Source: Elusimicrobiota bacterium (GTDB lineage Bacteria > Elusimicrobiota > Elusimicrobia > UBA1565 > JACRDR01). Taken from it: a DNA stretch of 64,000 nt. The stretch is taken from positions 2,470 through 66,469 of the forward strand of contig JAPLKK010000033.1 of assembly GCA_026388115.1 (NCBI GenBank). The letters are read 5' to 3'. Position numbers and translations under genes: made by a program. Under the pieces are notes generated by a model. The model had not been told where the DNA came from. It ran no database searches and saw only the letters and a program-made list of their open reading frames with translations. Below are positions 50,801 to 57,398 of the stretch, piece after piece. How positions within the stretch are numbered: position 1 is the first letter of the stretch; every line of letters starts with the position of its first letter.

Positions 50801-52429
50801 CTCGGACTGCGCGTCGGCCACCGCGACGCGCCAATAGTAGGTCGTATTGTCGGTGAGCGTGAACGTCGAGCCGTACGCTCCGTCCGCCGTCGGAAGGCCG
50901 GCGGCGACGACGACGGGCGTCGCTATGCTGATCACGATGCTCGATGGCGCAAAGGCCGGGTCGTTGTTCGAGACTTGGAGGAGATACAGCGCGCCGCCCG
51001 GCAGGCCGGCGGCCGAGACCGTGCTGAGGCCGATCCAATTGAAATTCGGCTGGACGTTCAAATACGCGTAGTTGGGCGGGTAGCTCGGCGCGATCGCCGA
51101 CAGGTCCGGGGGGAGCACGCCGCTCAGGGTCAGGCGGAGCGCGCGGTACGCGTTGGCCAGCCCCGCGCCGGCCGCCGCCGAGGCGCCGATGGCGTATGCC
51201 GAGCTTCTCAGATTGGTCTGCACCTGCGCCGGCGTCAGCGTCGGCATGGCCGAGAGCATGAGGGCCGCGATGCCCGCGACCAGCGAGGAGGCGTACGACG
51301 TGCCGGCCACGGAAACGTAGCCGCCGTTGAGGCCGGTGGTGAGGATCCCGTTGACGGCGTCGCCGCCCGGAGCGACGAGGCCGTTGGCGGCGAGCTCGGG
51401 GCCGCGGGACGAATAGGCGGCCACGGCGTTGGATATGTCCGTGGCGCCCACGGGGATCACATTCGCGCAATTGGCGGGGTTGTTGACCGCGTTCCCATCG
51501 TTTCCCGCGGAGGCAACGACGGTCATTCCCGCTGCGGAGGCGGCGTTGAGCGCGTTCTGCAGCGGCGCGCCGCACGGGCCCGCCGCGCCGAGGCTGAGGT
51601 TCGCGACGACGCGACCCGTCAAAGTCTCGGCGTAGCCAAGCGCGGCGATGACGGAAGCGTCCGAAGCGACGCAAGCGCTTCCCCCGCAGGAGGAGTCGCA
51701 GGAGCCGTCGCTCGGGAATACTTTCAGCGAGACGACCTTCGCCCCCCACGAAATGCCCGCGACACCGATCCCGTTGTTGGTCGAGGCGGCGGCGACGCCC
51801 GCGACCGCCGTGCCGTGGTAACAGGCCGGAACCGGCGGGTTCTCACCGACGCAGACGCCGCTCGAGCAGTCCTGGCTATGCGACGCGTCGATCTTAGCGG
51901 CAAGGTCGGGATGGTCGGCCTGTATGCCGGAGTCGATGATCGCGATCGAGACCGGATTGGTGTTCCCCGTCTCGTAGCTCCAGGCGGCGAGCGCGGCCAC
52001 GTTGTTCAAGTACCACTGGCCGCCCAGTTGAGGGTCGTTCGGGCTCAGCAGCGCCCGGTGGGCGCGGTTGGGATGGGCGTCGAGCACGCCGGGCAAGGCC
52101 TTCAATATCTCCAGCCCATTGGCGACGGGCATGCCCTCGGGCATGAAGACGAGGTGAGCGGCGCTTCGCCCGAGCCGCCGCTGCACCAACATCCCTGCGT
52201 TCCTCAACGCTTGCGCCCGTACCTTCGCGTCCACGCCCTCATCGAAGAGAACGAGTGCCTCCCCGGCGAGCACTTCCGCATTGCGAAAGGACGGCATGCG
52301 CTCGACGCGGCGCCTATGCGCCGCCTCGGCCGAAGCGGGAACGAGAGAGACGGCCGCCAGCGACAGGAGGGCGCCGACCAGGCGACAGGCGGCGGAACGG
52401 GCTGTTCGGCGGCCACAAAATCCAAGCAT
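41834..52429 (-). CDS. N-terminal portion of giant secreted protein: signal peptide, I9-like propeptide, S8 subtilisin domain, multiple BNR/Asp-box beta-propellers, Fn3 arrays
   Basis: S8 triad in IIDSGIQ (Asp), CYHGTAVAG (His), AGTSYASS (Ser) at ~51229-52039. It has dozens of S-x-D-G-x-x-W Asp-box motifs with FNGKLYAGT blades, and repeated Fn3 modules (LAAVP...SATLSWSANGNP...WDLERS). The 3531 codons run without a stop. Confidence 0.85.
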   Translation of the reverse strand: MLGFCGRRTARSAACRLVGALLSLAAVSLVPASAEAAHRRRVERMPSFRNAEVLAGEALVLFDEGVDAKVRAQALRNAGMLVQRRLGRSAAHLVFMPEGMPVANGLEILKALPGVLDAHPNRAHRALLSPNDPQLGGQWYLNNVAALAAWSYETGNTNPVSIAIIDSGIQADHPDLAAKIDASHSQDCSSGVCVGENPPVPACYHGTAVAGVAAASTNNGIGVAGISWGAKVVSLKVFPSDGSCDSSCGGSACVASDASVIAALGYAETLTGRVVANLSLGAAGPCGAPLQNALNAASAAGMTVVASAGNDGNAVNNPANCANVIPVGATDISNAVAAYSSRGPELAANGLVAPGGDAVNGILTTGLNGGYVSVAGTSYASSLVAGIAALMLSAMPTLTPAQVQTNLRSSAYAIGASAAAGAGLANAYRALRLTLSGVLPPDLSAIAPSYPPNYAYLNVQPNFNWIGLSTVSAAGLPGGALYLLQVSNNDPAFAPSSIVISIATPVVVAAGLPTADGAYGSTFTLTDNTTYYWRVAVADAQSEVLGPWLIQTGMGFFPARFQTDFTAPAQAAGFGTRVSTYPPAGEAQLQSLAANVTAQIGVQDAGTGLAVFPSPPTMDGHDYSSWSSPFGVLYSTNAGRTWIDSPSPNIVFAGSSTTHVLALAAFNNKAYAGTTNNAGLYVSASGGSWTQVFSSTFPGGAGETQIQSFAPFNGKLYFGTYGKGKIFSSPDGSTWTAVFTSPVQAGAQGIESMVVFNGKLFAVNSVTSVIYVSGDGASWSPVGSPGPSVNTLGVFNGRLYAGANGVLFVSADGVNWGQTSIPGTTAIRSLASYNGRLFAGTEPSGAVYGSANGVDWTPALTGTGGASIRSLAVFNGKLYAGTYMGGIYASPDGATWMPVFSSAAAGGVEGLAALNGKLYAGTDGGKIYQFTPVQAGLTGTNGATGAQTLSAFNLSLVNSSNSVVCGGVSPCGATNQVLFTASDLGGNVLTAGPFAVLISSMPSAPLSFARRATGVDSIQWSWTGASPNPSGYRVMAASANVSGDLPPDATGWLQTGLSTNTRYGPYVVRVFTSSGTADSASVSGYTLAAVPAGFAGSVAGASSATLSWSANGDPAGTVWDLERSSDGINVNSIFQSSAAASYTDYGLLPASTYFYQVRAKNGDGFFTAFAATATVITLPALSTAVPTFPVDGSYVNIQPNFDWIGLSTTSAAALPAGSAYYLQVSNNDPAFTPSNIVISISTPAVLTSTSVRTADAAYLSTFTLTDNTTYYWRVAANNGAFGAWSQASKFYADFTPPVQSAAFASLSGTSTLVGEAQINPGFGGAARLGVQDAGTGLAVTQGRLAFAGDGHDGPGSSGGCGVLYSTDAGKSWVDSYYMTPTFSSTAAVSVPALASFNGRLYAATANNAGLYASANGVTWNLVFSSTFPGGAGETQIQSFAVFNGKLFFGTYGAGKIFSSFNGTTWSAAYTAPAQAGPQGIASLTVFGGRIYASNSAASMLYASSDGAGWSRVPAPGPSIGTLGAFNGRLFAGGAGILFASVDGVNWSQASLPGATAIRTLAAFNGKFYAGTEPAGAVYASANGSDWAAVLTGTGETAIRSLAVFNGKLYAGAGPDGAIYASPDGARWMLVFSTAAAGGIASLAGFSGNFYAGTNDGRIILKNPLFPNLGGADGTTAAQTLSVFGLALNNSSNTVTCGGASPCAATNQVIFTVSDLAGNVLAAGPYAIVVSSPPPAAANYMHSAVGVDAIQWSWVSTATMISGFRVMSGTTNISGDLPPGTTVWLELGLATNTRYGPYFVRIFNSTGAADSWSASAFTLAAVPANLAATAVGPSSATVSWDANGNPSGTFWDLERSTDGVLYAPVFQSSVAASVADGGLTLSATYYYKVRAKNGDGYFTAFAGPVPVNVSGWNLAAPTAPGLFAHAAAGPDAIRWSWVNSVPNAAGLRVMSGSTSISGDLPAGTTSWLQTGLSINTRYGPYFARAFNSSGTADSSSNSGFTLAAAPAQFSISPLGAGGATLSWSPNGNPPNTIWDLERSTGTTLAAVFQSSAAPTFTDALLPGITYTYWVRAKNGEGIATDFAGPVSLALTPVSLLPTYPANGAYVNLQPNFDWIGASTAVVAGMSSGASYLLQVSNNDPGFSPASIVIGISTPAVVASTGLPTADAAYLSTFTLTEAATYYWRVALSGDSVGPWSPTFSFVTDFTPPAQAGAFASLNSSGAAVSESQVNDLRSTVTVQIGVQDAVSGLAVSANALALVGDGHDTPGFVQGFGVMCSSSAGSAWQDFANMDWPYWNSGVQSLASYNGKIFAGSANSGAVYSSSDGLAWSTEFVTSGRSVRSFAAFNGRLYAGTVAGAAVYSTGGGGAWTRNYAVAGDGVASITALASFNGRLYAASTGAVPSALYSSPDGINWYQNPAPGPPILSLISFNGQLYAGGSGGIYASADGVSWTHPAVNGNVYSLAIFGARLYAGTDYHGQIASSADGLNWTAGSTVEGTITALSAFNGKLYAANSNGPLFTTPDGVNWLVVNWPWSPRSLVSLAAFNGKLYIGSWTNGGIARAAPLASALSGADGTTAAQTLTGALLNLSNSAASMVCNGISPCGATNQAIFTAWDRAGNVRTAGPFAIQAAGPPIASWLSGRAMGTGSMLWFWPAPASLVVGYRVMSGTVNLSGDLPASATSWLEVGLSTNTTYYRFLRTFNSTGTADSYQFPGATSAAPPTSLAISPVGPSSATLSWSANGNPAGTTWDIFRSTDGVSYAWRSLLTTGATSFTDTSLAPLSTYYFKVAGRNRDSIDSALAGPVALPPLIAPPSIFAGTPVSTRSIFWSWNDKSVLGTRYRVISGNANVSGDLAGNTTTFLQTGLTPNTLYGPYWVTAFNGATNATSAPASRYTLAAAPSGLAAVAASSSAVGLSWSANGNPVTTLFDLQRSTSGTFVSIALTTAATFLDTGLNPSTMYWYQVRAKNAEGLFTDFGVMASTLTAAQGPPVAPKGFAGKGVATTRIAWSWSSGATNALGYRVMAGATNLSGNLFPDATSWMQDGLSTATCYGPYLLQAFNGSGVSTSSSAASACTLAAPPTMFYPLAVSTTSVTLSWSTNGNPQGTRYTVSASTAGSPFLSQTTATATVTFGGLLPATTYLFSIVAISPSSDTSQQTVTSARTADASAPAAATGFAGVALGTSAVQWRWTVNSAVAAGYRVLAGTANISGDLPPSLNSWTQTGLSPNRIYGPCLVEAFNSGGTADSGLASRATLAASPAGFAAVRISSTSATFSWSAAGNPSGTPYRLERSTTGATANFSPWITTLDTAATDGYLSPATTFYYRLAAVNADGVLSAYTPAAAVVTPSADAPPAPTNVSGAAVARNAIRWTWTGNSMNETGYRVLSAGVNLSGDLPPFTVVWLQTGLSTNTQYGPMTVQVFNHGGASVSLPPVSAYTLAVAPAGLVVSAASTTASLRWSANSNPAGTLYEVDRSTGGVFLFVANVRSTTYLDTGLSPLVAYSYQVRALNGDGVPTAFVRSGMTMTSSPGPPAAPR

Positions 52430-52642
52430 TTGATCCCGGCTATTCGGCTGGCTCCGCGAGTGAGGTACTGGATTTCAAAAAACTACGACCTGCCGGCCGA
52501 TTTAGCGTTTTATCTGAATTTAGGCGCAACTCTTAGGTTAGCCCCGGGGCGCCACCGAATCCCGAAGAAATTCCGACTTTCCTTAATACACTAAGCAGGC
52601 AAGGCTTCGGCCGTTGCGTTGCAAAAAGGTATAAAGACCCGC

Positions 52643-53047
52643 ATGGACATCAAGATCGCTTTCCCCGGAAACAAGAAGGTCTCGGCCGAGTTCGACGGCA
52701 TGACGGTGCTGACCGATCAGCCGAAGGAGTCGGGCGGCGACGGCACGGCGCCCAGCCCCTTCCAGCTCTTCTTGGCGTCGCTGGGGACCTGCGCGGGCAT
52801 CTTCGCGCTGAGCTTCTGCAGGAAACGCGACCTCTCGACCAAGGGGCTGGAGATCGTCCAGCACGTCGATTGGGACGACACCGAGCACCGCGCCACGAAG
52901 ATCACTTTCGACGTCATCTTGCCGGACGGATTCCCCGAGAAATACCGCGACGCGCTCGTGTCGGCCGTGAACCTATGCACGGTCAAGAAGCATCTGCTCC
53001 AGCCGCCCGCGCTCATCACGCGGACGCTGACCCGCGCCGCGGGCTGA
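52643..53047 (+). CDS. OsmC/Ohr-family peroxiredoxin-like protein
   Basis: MDIKIAFPGNKKVSAEFDG...APSPFQLFLASLGTCAG...NLCTVKKHL matches OsmC-like proteins. The ATG at 52643 was chosen over the TTG extension. Confidence 0.8.
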   Translation: MDIKIAFPGNKKVSAEFDGMTVLTDQPKESGGDGTAPSPFQLFLASLGTCAGIFALSFCRKRDLSTKGLEIVQHVDWDDTEHRATKITFDVILPDGFPEKYRDALVSAVNLCTVKKHLLQPPALITRTLTRAAG

Positions 53048-53056
53048 CCCGCCGGC

Positions 53057-53434
53057 TCAGCCCCACCAGACGCCGCAGCCTTGCGCGCGCAACTCGCTCG
53101 CCAGCCCAGCCTCACGCCGCTCCGCCTCCGCGCGCGTCCTCATCGGATTGTGATGTTCGTAAAGCTCGCGCTTGAGGAAGCGTCCATACTCCCGCACGTA
53201 GCGGTTCGATAGGTTGCGGGAAAAATCGCCCAGGGGCTTGGCGCAGATGCAGGAGAAGCGGATCACCGGCCCGTGGCACTCCTTGTGCTGGCGGTAGCGG
53301 CAATCGGGCTCATGAGCCGACTGGCCGACATAGTAGCAGGGCGCGTCCGAAGCGAGCCCCGGGTTGCGGTCGCGAAAGCGCGCGCTCTTCTTCACGGCGG
53401 GGTCGAGAGCGACGACGTACACGTAGTACGGCAC
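53057..53434 (-). CDS. Small GIY-YIG-like domain protein (tentative)
   Basis: YYVYVVAL ... CYYVGQSA ... RYRQH ... REYG is loosely compatible with the GIY / YIG / Arg / Glu spacing of GIY-YIG nucleases. The assignment is weak. Confidence 0.35.
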   Translation of the reverse strand: MPYYVYVVALDPAVKKSARFRDRNPGLASDAPCYYVGQSAHEPDCRYRQHKECHGPVIRFSCICAKPLGDFSRNLSNRYVREYGRFLKRELYEHHNPMRTRAEAERREAGLASELRAQGCGVWWG

Positions 53435-53444
53435 GCTCGCGACC

Positions 53445-54590
53445 CTAGTCTTCTTTCCCTGCCTTCACGCGCGGCGGGCGGCCGGAGGCGAGCCAGTTCA
53501 GATACTCGTGGATGAAGGCGTCCAGGTCGCCGTCCATCACGAGGTCGATGCGCGACGTCTCGCGGCCGGTGCGCAGGTCCTTGACCATCTGATAGGGCAT
53601 GAAGACGTAGGAGCGGATCTGGTGGCCCCAGGCGATGTCGCCCTTGTCGTCGTAATGCTTCTCGGCGGCGGCGCGCTTCTTGTCCAGCTGGATCTGGTAG
53701 AGGCGGGCCTTCAGCATCTTCATGCAGTTGAGGCGGTTCGCCAGCTGGGAGCGCTCGGTCTGGCAGGCGACGACGATGCCGGTCGGGATATGGGTGAAGC
53801 GCACCGCGGTCTCCACCTTGTTGACGTTCTGCCCGCCGTGGCCGCCCGCGCGGAAGGTGTCGACGTTGATCTCGGAATCGGCGACCTCGATCTCGATGTC
53901 CTCCTCGATGTCGGGGAGCACGTCCACGGAGGCGAAGGAGGTGTGCCGCCGCTTGGCGGAGTCGAACGGCGAGATGCGGACCAGGCGGTGCACGCCGATC
54001 TCGCTCTTCGTGTAGCCGTAGGCGTGGTCGCCGCGCACGAAGGCGGTCACGCTCTTGACCCCCGCCTCCTCGCCTTTCAGGATGTCGGTGATGACGAACT
54101 GAAAGCCGTGCTGCTCGCACCAGCGGGTGTACATGCGCAAGAGCATCTCCGCCCAGTCGCACGCCTCCGTGCCGCCGGCGCCGGCGTGGATGGAGAAGAT
54201 GGCGTCCATGCCGTCGAACTCGCCGGAGAGCTTGAGGCGGCTGTCCGTGTCCTCGAGCTGGCGCACCAGGCCATCGATGCCGCCGACCACCTCCTTCAGC
54301 TCGGCGGTGTCGTCGACCTCCTGGGCCAGCTCGATATGCGCCTGCAGGTCGCCGAGGGCCCGTGTGGCCTTGTCGAACTCGGCGACGAGCTTCTTGATGT
54401 CGTTGAGCTCCTTGGAGCGCTTCTTGGCCTTGGCGGAGTCGGCCCAGAACGCCGGCTGCGCCGCCTCCGCCTCCCGCGCCAGGATGTCCTGGCGCTTGAC
54501 GGGAACATGGATCAGCTTCTCCAGGCGCGCCAGCGTCTCGCGGCACTTGCCCAAGCGGTCGCCGGCTTCACGGAAAGCTGGGTCTGCCAT
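53445..54590 (-). CDS. prfB: Peptide chain release factor 2
   Basis: SPF tripeptide (RISPFDS) and GGQ ([12 protein letters not shown]) are present. The N-terminal region, including the segment homologous to the E. coli frameshift site, is encoded in frame, so no programmed +1 frameshift is needed. Confidence 0.9.
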   Translation of the reverse strand: MADPAFREAGDRLGKCRETLARLEKLIHVPVKRQDILAREAEAAQPAFWADSAKAKKRSKELNDIKKLVAEFDKATRALGDLQAHIELAQEVDDTAELKEVVGGIDGLVRQLEDTDSRLKLSGEFDGMDAIFSIHAGAGGTEACDWAEMLLRMYTRWCEQHGFQFVITDILKGEEAGVKSVTAFVRGDHAYGYTKSEIGVHRLVRISPFDSAKRRHTSFASVDVLPDIEEDIEIEVADSEINVDTFRAGGHGGQNVNKVETAVRFTHIPTGIVVACQTERSQLANRLNCMKMLKARLYQIQLDKKRAAAEKHYDDKGDIAWGHQIRSYVFMPYQMVKDLRTGRETSRIDLVMDGDLDAFIHEYLNWLASGRPPRVKAGKED

Positions 54591-54617
54591 CGACGTATTT
54601 TAGGATATCGGAAGGAC

Positions 54618-55560
54618 TTATGAACCCTCACCCCGACCCTCTCCCGCCGTTGGCGGGAGAGGGAGAGCGTGGTATACGGCGAGGGCTTCCTGCACGGTTC
54701 GGGCATGGAGGGCCACGGTGTCCTCGAGCTTGGGGGCATAGCCCCCGCCCAGCGTCAAGACGACCGGGATGCGCCGGTCCTCGCAGGCGGCGAACACGAA
54801 CTGGTCGCGCGCGGCGATGCCGTTGGCGGTCAGCTTCAGGCTCGCCAAGAGGTCGCGCTCGTGCACGTCCACGCCGGCCTGATAGACGACGAGGCCCGGC
54901 TCGTGACCGTCCAGAGCGGTAGGCAGGCGCGAGCGCAAGAGCTCCAGATACTCGATGTCGCGCGTCCCGGTGGGCAGCTCGATGTCCATCGTGCTCTTCT
55001 GGCGAGGCTGGGGATAGCCGTCCTTCTGATGCATCGAGAAGGTGAACACGTCCGGCTCGCCGGCGAAGATCGACGCCGTGCCGTTGCCCTGGTGCGCGTC
55101 GAGGTCGACGACGAGGGCGCGCCGCACGACCTTCTCGCGCCGCAAGGTCTCGATGGCGAATGCGATGTCGTTGAACATGCAGAAGCCCTCGCCATGGTCG
55201 CGGAAAGCGTGATGCGCGCCGCCGCCGATGTGCAGGCCCAGGCCGCCCTCGAGCGCCAGCCGCGCGGCCGCGAGGGTCCCCCCCGCCGCGAGCGCGTGCG
55301 CCTCCATCCCCGGGCGCGACCATGGCAGCTCCATCATGGTCTCCTCGTCCAAGGTGAGCGCGCCGGTGCCCGCGCGGCGGACCCAATCGGCGGCGTGCAC
55401 GAGCCCCAGCGCCTCGGGAGACGGCATCTCAGGCTCGACGCGCCGGTCCGCATCGAGCGCGCCCTCCGCCATGAGCTTCTCGGCGGTGCGCTGGAACTTC
55501 AGGGTGGGAAACGTGTGCGCGCCGATATCGACGGTATAACGCGCCGAAAAGACCCAGTGG
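54618..55560 (-). CDS. Histone deacetylase-family (AcuC/HDAC-like) protein
   Basis: Zinc/catalytic motifs HIGGGAHHAF, FCMFNDIAF, DLDAHQGNGT. The N-terminus ...LFHWVFSARYTVDIGAHTFPTLKFQR lies in frame upstream of the first ATG (55472), so the start is non-ATG and overlaps the tonB 3' end. The C-terminal PLPPTAGEGRGEGS is encoded by a repeat element. Confidence 0.7.
54625..54663 (-). repeat. Palindromic repeat, type A, inverted orientation
   Basis: CCCTCACCCCGACCCTCTCCCGCCGTTGGCGGGAGAGGG. It forms the last codons and stop of the HDAC-like gene and the spacer to the prfB start. Confidence 0.8.
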
Positions 55561-55572
55561 AAGAGGTTGGTG

Positions 55573-56379
55573 TTAGTCGTTGGTGAGCTGGAAGTAGACG
55601 GATTGCTTTCTGTGCGAGCGGACGGGAACCGACGCTCTCAGCTCGGGCTCGAAGCGCATGATCCTGCCGACGGACCTGGCGGCGTCGTCGAAAAAATCGC
55701 CGGCGGAGCCGGCGACCGCCACGTCCCGCACCACGCCGTGATCGTCGATATCGAGCTCAAGCACCACCTTGCCCTGCCGGCCGGCGCGCCGCTCGACCTC
55801 GGGGTACAGGCGCTTGAGGCTCGCCATCACTTCTTCCTTGTTGATCAGCCTGGGCGGGCGATTTACGAGGTCCCCCCCGGTGCCGGAGCCACCGGTCCCG
55901 AGACCTTGTCCGTTCATCCCACCGGGGCCCGTGCCGTCTTTGGAGGTGAAGGCGGGCCGCTGCACTGCCGACGAGCCGTCGAGCGTGGGCTTGTTCAGGA
56001 CCTTGGTGTCCGGGGTCGGCAGGACCCAAGGCTGGGGCTTGGCGCCGGTCACCGGGCCCTCCTCGGCCTGCTTCGGCACGTTCGAGGGCTTCGTCTGCTC
56101 GGGCGGCAGGGGCAAGGGGACGGGCGCGCGCTGGAAGGTCAGCGGCGCGGGAGCGCCCTTCATCGCTCCCGGCAGGCGGTGGTCGTTGGGGTCGCGCGGG
56201 CGGAACGGCGTGCGGATGTCGACGTCGATGACCTCCGGCTTGTACTCGCTGATGGGCGTCAGCGCGCGCTTGCGCTCGATCCAGCCGAACAAGAGCAGGT
56301 GAGCCGCCAATGAGACGCCGAGCGAGGCCCGAAAGAGCGCGGGACCGCGGACGGACCTGGCGGGCAGCGCCAGGGTCAC
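55573..56379 (-). CDS. tonB: TonB-family energy transducer
   Basis: N-terminal TM anchor, a Pro-rich spacer (PVPLPLPPEQTKP), and a C-terminal TonB_C-like domain (LKRLYPEVERRAGRQGKVVLELDIDDHGVV). Confidence 0.7.
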   Translation of the reverse strand: MTLALPARSVRGPALFRASLGVSLAAHLLLFGWIERKRALTPISEYKPEVIDVDIRTPFRPRDPNDHRLPGAMKGAPAPLTFQRAPVPLPLPPEQTKPSNVPKQAEEGPVTGAKPQPWVLPTPDTKVLNKPTLDGSSAVQRPAFTSKDGTGPGGMNGQGLGTGGSGTGGDLVNRPPRLINKEEVMASLKRLYPEVERRAGRQGKVVLELDIDDHGVVRDVAVAGSAGDFFDDAARSVGRIMRFEPELRASVPVRSHRKQSVYFQLTND

Positions 56380-56774
56380 GGCCGCACCTCAAGGCCGATG
56401 CGCTTGATGCCGGAGCCCTTGATCGTGTCGAGCACGCCGACGATCTCGCCGTAGGGCAGCTTCTCGTCGGCGGCCAGCGCCACGTGCGTCGCCGGCTCGA
56501 TGTCCAATAGGCGCTTGAGCTCGCGCTCCAGGTCGGGCAGCGTGAGCTTGCGGCCCTCGTAGATCAGCTCGTGCTTGTCGTTGAGCTCGACGCGCACGGT
56601 CTGCGTCGCCGCGCGCTCCGATTTGGCCGAGCGCGGCAGCTGGATGTTGAGGGCGCGGCGCGAGAGCAGCGGCGCCGTCGCCATGAAGATGATCAGCAGG
56701 ACCAGCACCACGTCCACCATGGGCGTGATGTTGATGTTGGTGATCGGGTCCTGGTCTTCGGCCGTCCCCGCCAT
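56376..56774 (-). CDS. exbD: ExbD/TolR biopolymer transport protein
   Basis: ITPMVDVVLVLLIIFM TM plus the periplasmic domain. Its start overlaps the tonB stop. Confidence 0.85.
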   Translation of the reverse strand: MAGTAEDQDPITNINITPMVDVVLVLLIIFMATAPLLSRRALNIQLPRSAKSERAATQTVRVELNDKHELIYEGRKLTLPDLERELKRLLDIEPATHVALAADEKLPYGEIVGVLDTIKGSGIKRIGLEVRP

Positions 56775-56777
56775 CGG

Positions 56778-57398
56778 CTACCTCGTCTTCAGCCGGGCCA
56801 GCAGGAGCCGGTTCAAGGACTCCATGCCGGCCGTAAGGTCCTTCACGCGCTTCTGATAGAAATTGTAGGCGACCACGCAGGGGATGGCCACGAAGAGGCC
56901 GACCGCCGTGGCCAACAGCGCCTGGGAGAGGCCCTGCATCACCGCCTCGGGGCCGGCGCCCGCGTTGGCCGAGAGATCGTGGAAGGCCTTGATGACGCCC
57001 AGCACCGTGCCGAAGAGGCCGACGAACGGCGCGTTGTTTCCGAGCGTGCCGAGGATCAGCAGCCGGTGCTCGACGTCCTGGCGGCAGGCGAGGCTCTCGG
57101 CGGCCATCACCTCCTCGGCCACGGCCGGCCCGGCCTTGGCGTGGGCGAGGCCCACGCACAGCACGCGGCTGGCCATGCCCGGCACCTTGGCCGCCTCCTT
57201 GGCGACCTCGGCGAGGTCGTCGACGCCGAGGCGCTGCTCCACGCAGCCGCGCAGCGATCGAAGCCCCTTGAGCTCGCGCATGAGGACGACGGCGCGCTCG
57301 ATGATGATGGCGAGGGCGAGCACCGAGCAGGCGAGCAAGAGATAGATGACCCAGTCGCCGCCCGTCAACGCGAGGCGCCGCAGTCCTTCGAGGTTCAT
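56778..57398 (-). CDS. exbB: MotA/TolQ/ExbB proton-channel protein
   Basis: Three TM segments with the conserved GTLGNNAPFVGLFGTVLGVIKAF motif. Confidence 0.85.
   Translation of the reverse strand: MNLEGLRRLALTGGDWVIYLLLACSVLALAIIIERAVVLMRELKGLRSLRGCVEQRLGVDDLAEVAKEAAKVPGMASRVLCVGLAHAKAGPAVAEEVMAAESLACRQDVEHRLLILGTLGNNAPFVGLFGTVLGVIKAFHDLSANAGAGPEAVMQGLSQALLATAVGLFVAIPCVVAYNFYQKRVKDLTAGMESLNRLLLARLKTR

Noticed and set aside
42033-51749. Numerous 100-700-aa ORFs on both strands (e.g. 42573-44630, 46323-47327, 48119-49435, 50106-51749, 50309-52594)
   Set aside because: All lie inside the giant S8/BNR/Fn3 gene in alternate frames or antisense. The giant frame has coherent repeated domain architecture, and the others are R/G-rich.
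53445-54590. Programmed +1 frameshift in prfB
   Set aside because: Looked for the usual CUU-UGA-C site. The N-terminal ~45 aa homologous to the region upstream of the E. coli shift site are encoded in the same frame as the rest, so this RF2 gene appears not to use autoregulatory frameshifting.
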